From: a virus
DNA: 64,000 nucleotides
Virus record (IMG/VR): IMGVR_UViG_3300005436_000501
Coordinates: 63,095 to 127,094 of that record
Strand: one strand, 5' to 3'
Under the pieces are notes generated by a model. The model made no database searches. It was not told the origin of the DNA and saw only the letters and a program-made list of their open reading frames with translations. A program made the translations under genes and the position numbers. Below are positions 17,527-27,143 of the stretch, one piece after another. How positions within the stretch are numbered: the first letter of the stretch is position 1; every line of letters begins with the position of its first letter.

Positions 17527-20327
17527 CTATCCGGCGGAAACGCCCGAGATGCAGCCGTTCCAGCCGGGTGCGTAGCATAGGTGAGTACCGAACCAGTAGC
17601 TCGACGACTCGTACGCGAACTGCGTCACGGGCCAGTCGATCCCCATGAAGTCCTGCACGTTGCAGATCGCCCACACGTTGCTGACCTGCGAGTCGGGGAT
17701 CGGCAGGGTGTCCGAGATGATCGGACACACGCCCTGCGGCAGCCACGGCGAGACTTCCATCTCGACGTGCTTGCCCGTGGTCTCGTTCACGATCGCGACG
17801 GCGACCGAGCCGAGCGTGACCCCGGCGACCTGGTCCTGGGTGACCTGCAGGATGTAGTTGTTGGACTCGCCGGTCTTGAGCGTCGCGGACAGCTGCTTGC
17901 GGTCGGCGCCGTTGAACATGACCCGGTCGGGGTCGGCCTTGACCGAGTTGTAGAGGCTGGCGAACGCGGTCTGGAACTCGCCGCCGGGGGTCGCGGTGCC
18001 GAACGCCGAGTTCAACTTGACGTTGTAGCCGGACGAGGTGCCCATCGTCCAGGCGAGGATCCCGTCGTACCCGGCGGAGTACGCGGAGGTGTCGGCGGTG
18101 GGCGGGTTCGCTCCCGCCACCGGGATCGCGCCCTGCAGCACGATGCCGGTACCGCCAGCGCCGCCGCCGTTGACGGACTGGTTCGGGAACCGGCCGTACA
18201 GGAAGAACGCGGAGTTCGCCGGCTGGGAGGCTCCCGTCCCGATGTACACCTTGTATCCCAGCGCCGCCGGGACGTCGGTCAGGCGCAGCACCACGTTGTG
18301 GCCCGCGGTCGGCGCGATCGTGGCGACGGTGGAGACGACGGACTCGCCGAACGCGCCCGCGTCGGAGGTGACGTACACGTAGATGTTCGTGGTGTACCCG
18401 GTCAGGGCGGCCTGCCCGGTGCCGAGGGTGTTGTCCACCAGCGACGTGCCGGTGGGCGCGGCGAGAGCGCCGGCGTACCCGGACGCGGTGCCGCGGCCCA
18501 TGATCAGCATCCGCTCCTCCATCAGCTTGCTGGCGTACAGCAGGCTGGTGCGCGAGAGCTGGCGGATGTCCTGATACCCCTGGCCAGCATATTGGGCGGA
18601 CCAGGTGACCTCGTCGGACATCGAGAACTGCGAGTGCGGCAGCACGACGTCGTAACCGGCGTACGCGATCTTCGGGCCGCGCGCGTAGTACAGCGAGTTG
18701 CTCGCGCCCGACGGGGCGAAGTTCGTCTGGCTGCTGTCGGCGATACCGGGGTGGATGTTGCCGACGCCGCCGGTGCCGGAGCCGGTGATCCCGGAGATCA
18801 CCTTGAACCGGTGCGAGGTGCCGAAGCCCTTGATCCGCGGCGTGCGGTTGCTGACCGGCGTCGGACGGGGAGCGAGGAACTTTGCCAGATTTGTTACCGA
18901 GCCCCGTCGGCTCGGGCCGCTTCATTTCTGCGCGGCTCTGCATGTCTCCATGCAGCTCGGACTATGCCACCACCTGCTGCTTCCGGTGATCCTTCCACCG
19001 GATGTGGACCGGATTGGACTGAGGGTTCTTCCTCATCCAAACCCCGTAGCACTTCTGGGTGCAGAACTTCTTCTCGTAGGTCCGGTTCGTCCGGTGCTCG
19101 ACGAAGACATTTCCGCAGCCGGTGCAGGTGTGCTCGATCTGAGCACCCTTCCAGCTTGCGTTGTCCTTGCCGCGCCCACTCCGACGGATGTCAGCGATCG
19201 GATCCGTGTCGGGTGTCAGTCCAACGGCGTCCGCGACCGACCGGACGCAGGCGTCCGGGTCAGCGTTGATCTGGGTTCCGTTGAACCGGAAGACCTTGTA
19301 GCCCACATCGGCGAGTTCGGCGTCGCGCACTGCGTCGAGCGCCTTGCGACGCTCGAGTCGGTGCGACAGTCCGTCGGCCTCGATGATCACGGGAGCCTGA
19401 AGAAGCTCGATATCGACGACATAGCGGCCGAGGTGGCATCGCTGTGTCGTGAACGAGAGTCCTGCACGTTTGAGTGCTCCATGGAGCAGCTTTTCCAGCG
19501 GAGAGTCCGCCGACGAGCCTCGCAGCTCATCGAATCGCTTAAGCGGACTCACTCGGTGCGCTTCCTTGAACTCCGGAGTGTTGCATGCGGCCCTGTGTGC
19601 AGCCTTGCGCTCGTCACTCCACACCCACGTTCGCCCAGTCATGGGCTTGCGGGCGATACCAAGGCGCTTCATCGCGTTCTCTACCGGCTTGCGTGAGCAG
19701 CCGTACAGTTCCGCGACAGCGCGTTGCGGCCCGAGTCGGTCGTAATCCGCCTGGAGGTTGCTCCAGTCCAACAGGTGCCCCGCATCTAGTCTCTACGGAC
19801 TCGCCCCTACGAACGGGGATTGCCTCGGCGTTTTCCACATGACCTGGACGCTCTAAGTATATTGCGCCCAGCGAAGGACTTTCACCGATACAGCGGGGTT
19901 CTCAACTGCGCATCACTGCGCAGCGGCCCTACGAAAACGAAGGCGCCTCGAGGTCGAACGCGACGAGGCCAGTTCCAACGGGGGACGTGAGGTTGATGTC
20001 CTTGACCAGGTCCGGCTGCTGCCCCTTGAGGGCGTCCAGCGCCGCGGCCACCGACGCGACGGCGTCCGGGGACATCGACTTGACCAGGTCCGGCGAGCCG
20101 AGCGCCTTCTGCAGGTACTCGATCGCGTTGGTCGGGCGCGGGCTGAAGTCGATCGGGTGGCCGGCCTTGAAGCTGGTGACGATCTCCTCGCGGGTCAGTT
20201 CCCGCTCGGGAACGCACTGGATCGACTTGACCAGTTCGTCGAAGCGGATGGAGACCTCGGCCTTGGACAGCTTCGCGGACTCCGGGGACTCACCGAACAT
20301 GAGCTCGACGTTCGTGGGCAGAGCCAT
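17527..20327 (-). CDS. Major capsid protein, spliced: exon 1 20327-19941, exon 2 18885-17527 (~581 aa)
   Basis: Joining exons gives in-frame ...VAFDLEAP|AKFLAPRPTPVSNRTPRIKG...; follows protease/scaffold; RBS AAGGAG. Confidence 0.85.
18886..19940 (-). mobile_element. Group I self-splicing intron
   Basis: P1 exon GCCU/GGGC with U.G at 5' splice site; P3 CCCCGC/GCGGGG; GUAGAGACUA (19796-19787) and AUAGUCC (18965-18959) forming P7; P8 CACCUGUUG/CAGCAGGUG; P9 hairpins; terminal G. Confidence 0.92.
18962..19771 (-). CDS. Intron-encoded putative homing endonuclease (HTH + Vsr/DUF559-like nuclease + Zn finger)
   Basis: SPLE...Q...GRYVVDI....IIEADGLSH...D..RD..L...GYKVFRF; CTGC...FCTQKC; located in P8 loop. 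Confidence 0.8.
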   Translation of the reverse strand: MDWSNLQADYDRLGPQRAVAELYGCSRKPVENAMKRLGIARKPMTGRTWVWSDERKAAHRAACNTPEFKEAHRVSPLKRFDELRGSSADSPLEKLLHGALKRAGLSFTTQRCHLGRYVVDIELLQAPVIIEADGLSHRLERRKALDAVRDAELADVGYKVFRFNGTQINADPDACVRSVADAVGLTPDTDPIADIRRSGRGKDNASWKGAQIEHTCTGCGNVFVEHRTNRTYEKKFCTQKCYGVWMRKNPQSNPVHIRWKDHRKQQVVA

Positions 20328-20342
20328 GGGCCCTGCTCCTTC

Positions 20343-20371
20343 CATGCGAAAGGCCCCGCACTGGCGGGGCC
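20343..20371 (-). terminator. Hairpin + TTTCGCATG upstream of capsid gene
   Basis: GGCCCCGC-CAGT-GCGGGGCC-TTTCGCATG on minus strand. Confidence 0.5.
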
Positions 20372-20387
20372 GGGTGGTCGGGGGGGG

Positions 20388-22448
20388 CTATGCGGCGGCC
20401 TTCGCGAGCAAGGCGCGGGCACGGTCGCGGTAGCCCTGGGCGAGGTCCCGGTTCGCCGAGAACATCTCGGCCTTAGCCAGGAGTTCGTTCGCCTGGGCGT
20501 GCAGCGTGTCGGCGTCGCTCTTGGTCGCTGCGCCCTGCTGGGCGGCGGTGCGAGTCAGGGCGGGCCCGCCGGGCTGCGGCAGGTCCTTGACGGCCTCGAA
20601 TGCGCTGGCCTTCGCGAGGTCCACCGTGAGCGCCGTGAGGCGCTCCTCGTCGGCGGCCCTTGCCTCTGCCACGGCGCTCTTCACGAGGTCTTCGAGTTCT
20701 GCCTTGGTCATGCCCTGCGGCTCGGTGGCCGCAGGAGTCTCGGGTGTGTCGTTCTTCGTAAGGGCTGCGGCGACGGCGGCCTTGACGAGGTCGGCAGCCT
20801 CGGCCTTGGTGAGCAGCTGCTCGACCTCGGGCGCGTGGGCAGCGTCGGGCGCGTCTGCCTTCGCGGCGGTCTTGGCCGCTGCCTTCTTCTTTGCCGCAGA
20901 CTTCTCGTCGTCGCCCTCGGTGTCATCCTCTGCGTCGGCGCCGTCGGCGCCGTCGGCGCCTTCCCCGTCGGCCGCGTCGGCAGCGCCCTTCTTCTTGAAC
21001 GGCGGCGCGAGGTTCGGGTTCTTCTTCCCGTCCGCCTTGAGCAGGTCCTCGCCGTCCGCCGGGGCGTCGGAGAGCATCATCACCGCGTCGTCCACGCCGG
21101 ACTGCTCGCTGCGCTCGTTAGCCTGGAACCACTTCAGTGCCCTTACGGCATCGAGCAGCAGCGCGATATCGCAGGCCTCGTTCAGGTTGCCCATCGCGAG
21201 CGACTCGGCCTCGGACACGATCAGCTTCGCGATCGCGGCGATGGCGTCCTGCGCGCCCTGGATGTCGTCAGTCTCGTCCACGCCGCCGGCCGCTCCGCCG
21301 CCGTCGTCGGCCTTGGCGAGGTCCGGGACGAGCGCACGCACGTCACGCAGCACCGCCTCGGCCTTCTCGATCGCCTCCGGGTCGGCGTCAGCCTTCGCCG
21401 CGTCGTCCTTGAGCGAGCCGTCGGCATTCCAGTTCTCGGGCACCATGCCCTCCAATCCGAGGGCCTGGGCCCGCTTGCGGATGTGCTTTCTCACGTCGTC
21501 GTGGTCGGCGTTGCCGCGACCCACGGCCTTGATTGCGCGGCGCAGATCGGCCTTCGTCTTGATCACATAGGAGGGGTCGCCCTTCGCGTTCGGCATCGCC
21601 TGACCCGCCGCCAGCGCCTGCCGCTTCTCCTCGGCCGTGTACGCCTTGTCGAGCGACTCGTAGGTCTGCGCCTTGTAGGCGTCCGCCGCCTCACGTACCG
21701 CGCCTACCAGTGCCTCGTCGCTCACGAGACGCCCGGACACAGTCACGTTGACCACCACGGGCGCCGCGGGGGAGTCCGTCTTGGCGGTCTCAGCGTCCTG
21801 CTCGGCTACGGCCTGAACCGAGGCCCCGGCCCCGGCGAGGTCGGCAAGCGCCTGCTTTACGGGGGAGGCGAGGCGGTCGAAGAGTTCGGGCGGCAGTCCG
21901 TAGGTCGGGGACGCGACGCGCTCGAGCGTGGGCTCCTCGACGATCTGGAGTTCCCCGGCGCCATCGGACTTCGCGAGCGGCAAGCGCCAGTGATCTGAAA
22001 TCGTCGCCGTGGGCAAGCACGGGCTATCTACGAGGCTTGATTCACATATCCTGCCAGCGACGACGGTCCCGCCTGGCGCGTCGGCCTTGGTGTAGTCGAG
22101 GCGGTGGCCGCGCACGCCGATGGAGAAGCCGTTGAGGACACCCTCTTCGACCTTCTCGACAGCCTCGCGGTCGACGACCTTCGCGCCGATGTACCAGCCG
22201 TCGTCCTTCTCCTCGAGTTCGATGGCCTTGCCGACGGCGCGTCGATGATCATGGCCCTCGCGGATGTTACCGGCGCGGGTGAACCACTCGGGGACGGCAG
22301 TCCTGAGCCAATCCGCTGACATGCGCTGCTGGTCATGGTCGAGATCCGTGCCGGTCAGCTTCCCGTACACGTACAGGTGGCCCGTCGTCGGGTCCTTCTC
22401 GCGCTTCGTGATCGGCGCGTAGAGCTCCAGCACCGCAGGCAGCGCCAT
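20388..22448 (-). CDS. Prohead protease/scaffold fusion
   Basis: NIREGHD...VGKA...VLNGFSIG...ESSLVDSP (HK97-type protease); long acidic Ala-rich C-terminus; RBS GGAGGAGG. Confidence 0.85.
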   Translation of the reverse strand: MALPAVLELYAPITKREKDPTTGHLYVYGKLTGTDLDHDQQRMSADWLRTAVPEWFTRAGNIREGHDHRRAVGKAIELEEKDDGWYIGAKVVDREAVEKVEEGVLNGFSIGVRGHRLDYTKADAPGGTVVAGRICESSLVDSPCLPTATISDHWRLPLAKSDGAGELQIVEEPTLERVASPTYGLPPELFDRLASPVKQALADLAGAGASVQAVAEQDAETAKTDSPAAPVVVNVTVSGRLVSDEALVGAVREAADAYKAQTYESLDKAYTAEEKRQALAAGQAMPNAKGDPSYVIKTKADLRRAIKAVGRGNADHDDVRKHIRKRAQALGLEGMVPENWNADGSLKDDAAKADADPEAIEKAEAVLRDVRALVPDLAKADDGGGAAGGVDETDDIQGAQDAIAAIAKLIVSEAESLAMGNLNEACDIALLLDAVRALKWFQANERSEQSGVDDAVMMLSDAPADGEDLLKADGKKNPNLAPPFKKKGAADAADGEGADGADGADAEDDTEGDDEKSAAKKKAAAKTAAKADAPDAAHAPEVEQLLTKAEAADLVKAAVAAALTKNDTPETPAATEPQGMTKAELEDLVKSAVAEARAADEERLTALTVDLAKASAFEAVKDLPQPGGPALTRTAAQQGAATKSDADTLHAQANELLAKAEMFSANRDLAQGYRDRARALLAKAAA

Positions 22449-22463
22449 GTCGCCTCCTCCGGG

Positions 22464-22498
22464 CATGCGAAAGGGCCGCACCGACCGGTGCGGCCCTT
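22464..22498 (-). terminator. Hairpin + TTTCGCATG upstream of protease gene
   Basis: AAGGGCCGCACC-GGTC-GGTGCGGCCCTT-TCGCATG on minus strand. Confidence 0.5.
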
Positions 22499-22517
22499 CG
22501 TGAGTTGGTGTGGCGGA

Positions 22518-25500
22518 TCAGCCGTCCGTCGCGCCGACGCCGGCGCGGTCCGCCGGGGCGATCTCCGCGAGCGAAACGGTCACCGGCATGGGCGCGCACC
22601 GGCACCGAGTATGTCCAGGTGGTGATAAATCGCCGCTCTGGAAAGCCGCTCCGAGCGGCACGGCGCCCTCGGCCTCGTTCGGTTCGCAGACGCTCGAACA
22701 CACGCGATCATCATCAGCCGAGGCCCAGTAGGTGGCCTCAATGCCGTTGGCCCGGTACGTGTCCATCGACGCGGCGCTCGTTGCTCGCGCCAGTTCCGTG
22801 ATCGCGACCGCTTCGGCCCACGCGGGGTCATCGAGGATGCCGCGCAGTACCCCGGCCAGGGTGGCGGCCGAGTCTCCGCGCGCCAGGGCGTCGGACAGCG
22901 CCTTGGCCAGCTTGTCCAGGCGGTTGCTGGCGATCGACTTGATCGTGATCCCGGCCCGGTCGAGCAACAGCGCTAGTCCGTTGCGGCCGTTCTCGTCCAG
23001 GACCAGCCGGGCGGCGTCCACGTCTCCCGGGACCCACCGCGACCAGTCCACGCGCGCGCTGCCGGTCAGGACGGCGGTCGCGGACAGGTCCCCGATGACG
23101 TAGCCCTCGGTCCACAGCCCCACGATCAGGCCAGCGAGTACCACGGTCAGGTCCACACCACGTTCGGCGAGCCAGGAAGCGGGGTCCTGGGTGTAAGTGT
23201 CGGGGCCGGGCGGGTCGTCGGTGAAGTCGTTGGGCAGGTCGGGTTCGTCGGCCTTTCCGAGCATGGCGATGCGGTGCGCGATCCACGCCTCGGCAAGTGC
23301 TCGGGCATTCAGGGCGCCGCGCATGGCTGTGCGGATGCGCGGCTTCCAGGCGGCGGCGGTCTGCTTGTCTCGGTCCCAGCCCGGCCAGTGCGGCCGGTCC
23401 GGGTCACCGGCTTTTGGGACTTTGCCGACACCGCCCGCGGGCGCGAACACGATGCGCGGGTCGGCGAACATGTCGTCGGGCGCGTCGGCTTTGGTCAGGA
23501 TCCGGGCGTGGAAGGCGCGGCCGGGCTTGGGGTTGCGGCGCGCCCAGTTGCGATAGGCGGCGATCTCCGCCTTGACGGACTGCGTGGTGGCTGGCGTCGG
23601 CGCGCCCTCGGACGCGTCCGACTCTTCGCCGTCACCGTCGTCGCCCTGGTCGTCCTCGAACTGGTCGGGCACGCCGTCCGCGTTGTCGTCCTTGTTCGGG
23701 GGCGACTCCAGGGGCGTAACCGTCTCCCCTGCGGGCGCCAGCTTCGACGCGCCCTCCAGGAAGATCACGCCGCGGCTGGTCACCACGATCGGCATGTCCG
23801 CCTCGGGGAACGCATACCTCGGCAACCCGAGCCGGTCGCGGTCCTCGTTGTACGTCATCCGCGCGCTCTTCACGCGGGTGTCGGCAACCGCGTCGGCCGC
23901 CGCTTCGTCCTCGTCCTCGAGTCCGAGGATCTTGAATTCGAGTTCGCCGGGCATCCCCAGGTGCCGCCGGGAGATCCCGGTGACCAGTCCCTGGATCCAC
24001 CGGTACGTCGGCATGGTGGCGTTGCGGTCCTTGATGTCCGCCTGACCCTCGTGGTACCCGCTGGAGCCTAGACCGCCGGTCTCGGTGAAGTTGAGCTCCG
24101 CGATGGTCGTGGCGAAGTGCGCGGCGAGCTGCTTGAGCAGGAACAGGTCGTACTCGGGCTTGTAGCGCTCGGCGACGTCCGCGTGGGATTCGAGCTCGAA
24201 CCCGGGCGGCAGGATCCGCATCCGGTGCCGCTCGAGCGTCTGCCCGGACCAGGCGTCGTTCAGGGCGGTCTCGTACTCCAGGACCTGCTGCGGCGTCCAT
24301 GAACTGGTGGCGTTGTTGCGCAGCAGCCCGGCGGGCACGGTGCCGTCGGTGAACTCGGCGCGGATCCAGGCGCGCCGGCGCAGCCACACGTCGAGGTCCT
24401 CGAGGCACTGCTCGACCGCGCTGAAGCCGTAGAGGGTCTCGGTGCGCACGTTGCGCCGCTTGTAGATCAGGGTGTCGGGCGCGTAGCCGTTGATGACCTT
24501 GCCCTGGTCGTCCACGTCTGCGACGTACTCGCCGCGCGGAAAGCCCCACAGGATCTGCTGGTACGCCGGGTTGGGCGGCAGGGGCTTGCCGCCGCGGTAG
24601 TCCCGCAGCACCTTAATGGTGTTGCCGCACCAGGCCGGCTTGCCGTTGCGCCGCACGTACAACACCTCGTTCGGCACCGACACGCAGAACACGTCGCCGT
24701 CATACGGCACCCCCTCGACACGCCACGTGCGAGCTTGCGTGTTCGACAGTCGGACCGAATACTTTGGCCGCATGTTCCCCGAGTGGATAACACGTCCATC
24801 ACGCATCACCGAGTCCGCGGTGGCCACGCTACGACTCACGTTGGCGCACTTGCCGATCTTCTGCGCGATCTCCTGTAGATCGTCAGCCATGCGGGGGCTG
24901 CACGTCGTGATGGTCTGACGATTCCCGTCGTAGCAGCCATCCCCCAGCATGTAGAAACGCCAGAAGATCTCAAGCTGGCGCGCAGACATGTTCTTGACGA
25001 TGTCCGGGACATGCTTCTCGTGCGCTTTCCCGAACTGCGCAAGGTAGGAGTGGAGGCACTTCCGGCTGATGACGAACGACTTGCCGGTATGGCATACCTC
25101 GCGGCCGAAGATCCGCATGAGCAGGTCGCGGAACGGGCCGTATCCCTTCGACGCGGGGTCTTGCGTGATGCAGACGGCGTCCTTCTTCGCGCCGGTAACG
25201 CAGCCCTCGGAGAGGTACGCCCCCATGAAGGCCGCGAAGTCGTCGCCGCTGCACTCGAACGGCAGCGACGTGGTACGTCCAGAGGCGGCCAGTTTGAACT
25301 CGGCCAGGTCGGCGCCGATCCAGTGCGATGTCATCGGGATCTTCGACGCTTGGCCATTGCCGAATTCAGCCAACTCGGCTGCCGTGACAATTGCCTCGCC
25401 GCGATCCTGCCAGCGGGAGCCGCCCAGCGCGCGGGGCTTGGCGGTCACGAGCATCCGATGATTGCCCGTGACGAGGACATCCAGGGACTTCGACGTGAAG

Positions 25501-26381
25501 TGGTAGAGGTCGCCCTTGTGCGGGGCGCGGTGGAAGTACGTGGCCTGCTGCCACTCGAAGTCGTGCGTCTTGGGGTTGCGCGTCGCGAAGTCATCGTCGA
25601 CGCGGGTGTCCGCGAAGCGGAGCCAGCCGCGTCGCGTCAAGACTTCAGTGTCGTCGGAGTAGCAGGACCCGTCCAATATCTCTAAAGCGTACAGGTCGCC
25701 GCCGTACGTGCGCCTGGGATAGATCGCTAGGGCGTCCAACACGAGGTGCTCTTCGAGGAGTTTTCCGATCCAGTCGGTCCAGTCCTCGTCCTGGCCGGGG
25801 TCGGGCTTCTCCCAGAACGCGGAGCAGCGGGCGATCTCGGGTCCGAGGCGCCTGCGCAGGTCCGCCTCGACGTCGGCACGCGCCGAGGAGGGACTGTCGG
25901 CCTGCGCTTTCGCAACGGCCGACTTGGTGATGGTGATCGCCCATTCGAGGGTGGAGATCTCGTCCTTGCGGATCTGGATACAGCGCCGCGGGATCCCGCC
26001 GGCCGCGGCGGCGTCGCGCAGCACCTTCCACGGCACGAGCCGGTCGGTGACGCCGGGCAGGTTCGTGGAGACGGGGTATTCGCCGAAGCGGGGTTCGGGC
26101 CGGCCGGAGTCGCGCCGTACGGGGTCGATCGCGGCGGGGATCAGGGCGAGGCCGGGTCCGAACGCGACCTGCGGGTCCAGGCGTGGCAGCGGGTTGAAGC
26201 CGCCGCTGGTGGCCGGGGCGGTGTTCACGGCGGCGAGCAGCGCGGCGACCTGCGTTCCGGTGTAGGTGGTCGCTCCGGGTCCGACACCAGGCACCATAGC
26301 CTTGGTCATTTCGGCTTCGGTGCTGCGGCGCACCTGGTAGTGCTGGTTGCCGCCCTTGCGGTTGCGGTTGCGGCGACTCAC
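22518..26381 (-). CDS. Portal protein fused to MuF-like head morphogenesis domain, with intein
   Basis: YGFSAVE, FTDGTVPAG, MTYNEDRDRLGLP portal motifs; C-terminal ITELARA...W....DDRVC...C...PPGHTRCRC. Confidence 0.88.
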   Translation of the reverse strand: MSRRNRNRKGGNQHYQVRRSTEAEMTKAMVPGVGPGATTYTGTQVAALLAAVNTAPATSGGFNPLPRLDPQVAFGPGLALIPAAIDPVRRDSGRPEPRFGEYPVSTNLPGVTDRLVPWKVLRDAAAAGGIPRRCIQIRKDEISTLEWAITITKSAVAKAQADSPSSARADVEADLRRRLGPEIARCSAFWEKPDPGQDEDWTDWIGKLLEEHLVLDALAIYPRRTYGGDLYALEILDGSCYSDDTEVLTRRGWLRFADTRVDDDFATRNPKTHDFEWQQATYFHRAPHKGDLYHFTSKSLDVLVTGNHRMLVTAKPRALGGSRWQDRGEAIVTAAELAEFGNGQASKIPMTSHWIGADLAEFKLAASGRTTSLPFECSGDDFAAFMGAYLSEGCVTGAKKDAVCITQDPASKGYGPFRDLLMRIFGREVCHTGKSFVISRKCLHSYLAQFGKAHEKHVPDIVKNMSARQLEIFWRFYMLGDGCYDGNRQTITTCSPRMADDLQEIAQKIGKCANVSRSVATADSVMRDGRVIHSGNMRPKYSVRLSNTQARTWRVEGVPYDGDVFCVSVPNEVLYVRRNGKPAWCGNTIKVLRDYRGGKPLPPNPAYQQILWGFPRGEYVADVDDQGKVINGYAPDTLIYKRRNVRTETLYGFSAVEQCLEDLDVWLRRRAWIRAEFTDGTVPAGLLRNNATSSWTPQQVLEYETALNDAWSGQTLERHRMRILPPGFELESHADVAERYKPEYDLFLLKQLAAHFATTIAELNFTETGGLGSSGYHEGQADIKDRNATMPTYRWIQGLVTGISRRHLGMPGELEFKILGLEDEDEAAADAVADTRVKSARMTYNEDRDRLGLPRYAFPEADMPIVVTSRGVIFLEGASKLAPAGETVTPLESPPNKDDNADGVPDQFEDDQGDDGDGEESDASEGAPTPATTQSVKAEIAAYRNWARRNPKPGRAFHARILTKADAPDDMFADPRIVFAPAGGVGKVPKAGDPDRPHWPGWDRDKQTAAAWKPRIRTAMRGALNARALAEAWIAHRIAMLGKADEPDLPNDFTDDPPGPDTYTQDPASWLAERGVDLTVVLAGLIVGLWTEGYVIGDLSATAVLTGSARVDWSRWVPGDVDAARLVLDENGRNGLALLLDRAGITIKSIASNRLDKLAKALSDALARGDSAATLAGVLRGILDDPAWAEAVAITELARATSAASMDTYRANGIEATYWASADDDRVCSSVCEPNEAEGAVPLGAAFQSGDLSPPGHTRCRCAPMPVTVSLAEIAPADRAGVGATDG
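24621..25664 (-). mobile_element. Intein with LAGLIDADG endonuclease (348 aa)
   Basis: N-terminus CYSDDTEVLTRRGW; block B VTGNHRM; FMGAYLSEG and YMLGDG; C-terminus YDGDVFCVSVPN...WCGN followed by Thr. Confidence 0.92.
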
Positions 26382-26427
26382 CGGGGATCCGACCCCCTCG
26401 GCGCGGTCGGGGTGGCATCCTCAGTGC

Positions 26428-26691
26428 ATGCGGATCACACTGCAACAGCAGGCGGAGCCGGGCTGCGTCTTCGCCGGGGATGCCCTGGACGCGAACATCG
26501 GCCGGACGGCCCCGGTCAATCTGGGCGCCCACCGGGCCGAGGGCGTCATCGTCGCGGCGCGCGTAGTCGACAACGGCGAAGCGATGGAGGTGACGGTCGA
26601 GGTGGCCGAGGATGAACAGGTGCGGCACCTGGAGTCCGCGCTCAAACCGCCGCTGGGCCGCTACTCGATCGGCGCGACGCCACCAGTCTGA
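26428..26691 (+). CDS. Small opposite-strand hypothetical protein, possibly leaderless
   Basis: MRITLQQQAEPG...; CATCCT 6 nt before ATG; fills gap before portal. Confidence 0.5.
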   Translation: MRITLQQQAEPGCVFAGDALDANIGRTAPVNLGAHRAEGVIVAARVVDNGEAMEVTVEVAEDEQVRHLESALKPPLGRYSIGATPPV

Positions 26692-27143
26692 TCGCCACGC
26701 AGACTCGTCGGCCTTTGCGCGAGCCGCTCAAGTTGCTCCGGCGTCGGACTGTGCGGCAGGCCGCCAACCGGGTATTGCGCCGAGCGCGGCCCGGGCCGGG
26801 CGGCGGCTTTCAGCGGGCGCACGAGGTATTCGTACCGGAACTCGACGATCGGCAGCGGGTGCAGGGTGGCCGCGCCGATGAGCCCGGCTTCGGTGAGCAG
26901 CCGGGCCGCGATGGCGCAGGCGGCGGCGGTGACCTCGCCTGTGCTCATGCCTGCGGTGTGCTCGTCCCAGCGCAGGCTGAACCTGATGTGCCGAGCAGCC
27001 CAGTCGTCCACCCCGGGAGGACTCCACGGGGTCACGGTGACGTCCGGGTGTGCGTCGGGCAGCGAATCGACCGGGATGAGCGTGATGTCGCCCGGTCCGG
27101 GGCCGTACACGGTAACCCTCTGTCGCCGAGTAGGTTCGGTCAT
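26661..27143 (-). CDS. Hypothetical protein
   Basis: MTEPTRRQRV; ATGA overlap. Confidence 0.5.
   Translation of the reverse strand: MTEPTRRQRVTVYGPGPGDITLIPVDSLPDAHPDVTVTPWSPPGVDDWAARHIRFSLRWDEHTAGMSTGEVTAAACAIAARLLTEAGLIGAATLHPLPIVEFRYEYLVRPLKAAARPGPRSAQYPVGGLPHSPTPEQLERLAQRPTSLRGDQTGGVAPIE

Noticed and set aside
19929-20345. 138-aa ORF and 17527-18801 ORF as separate genes or a pseudogene
   Set aside because: They are exons of one capsid gene joined by removing the group I intron
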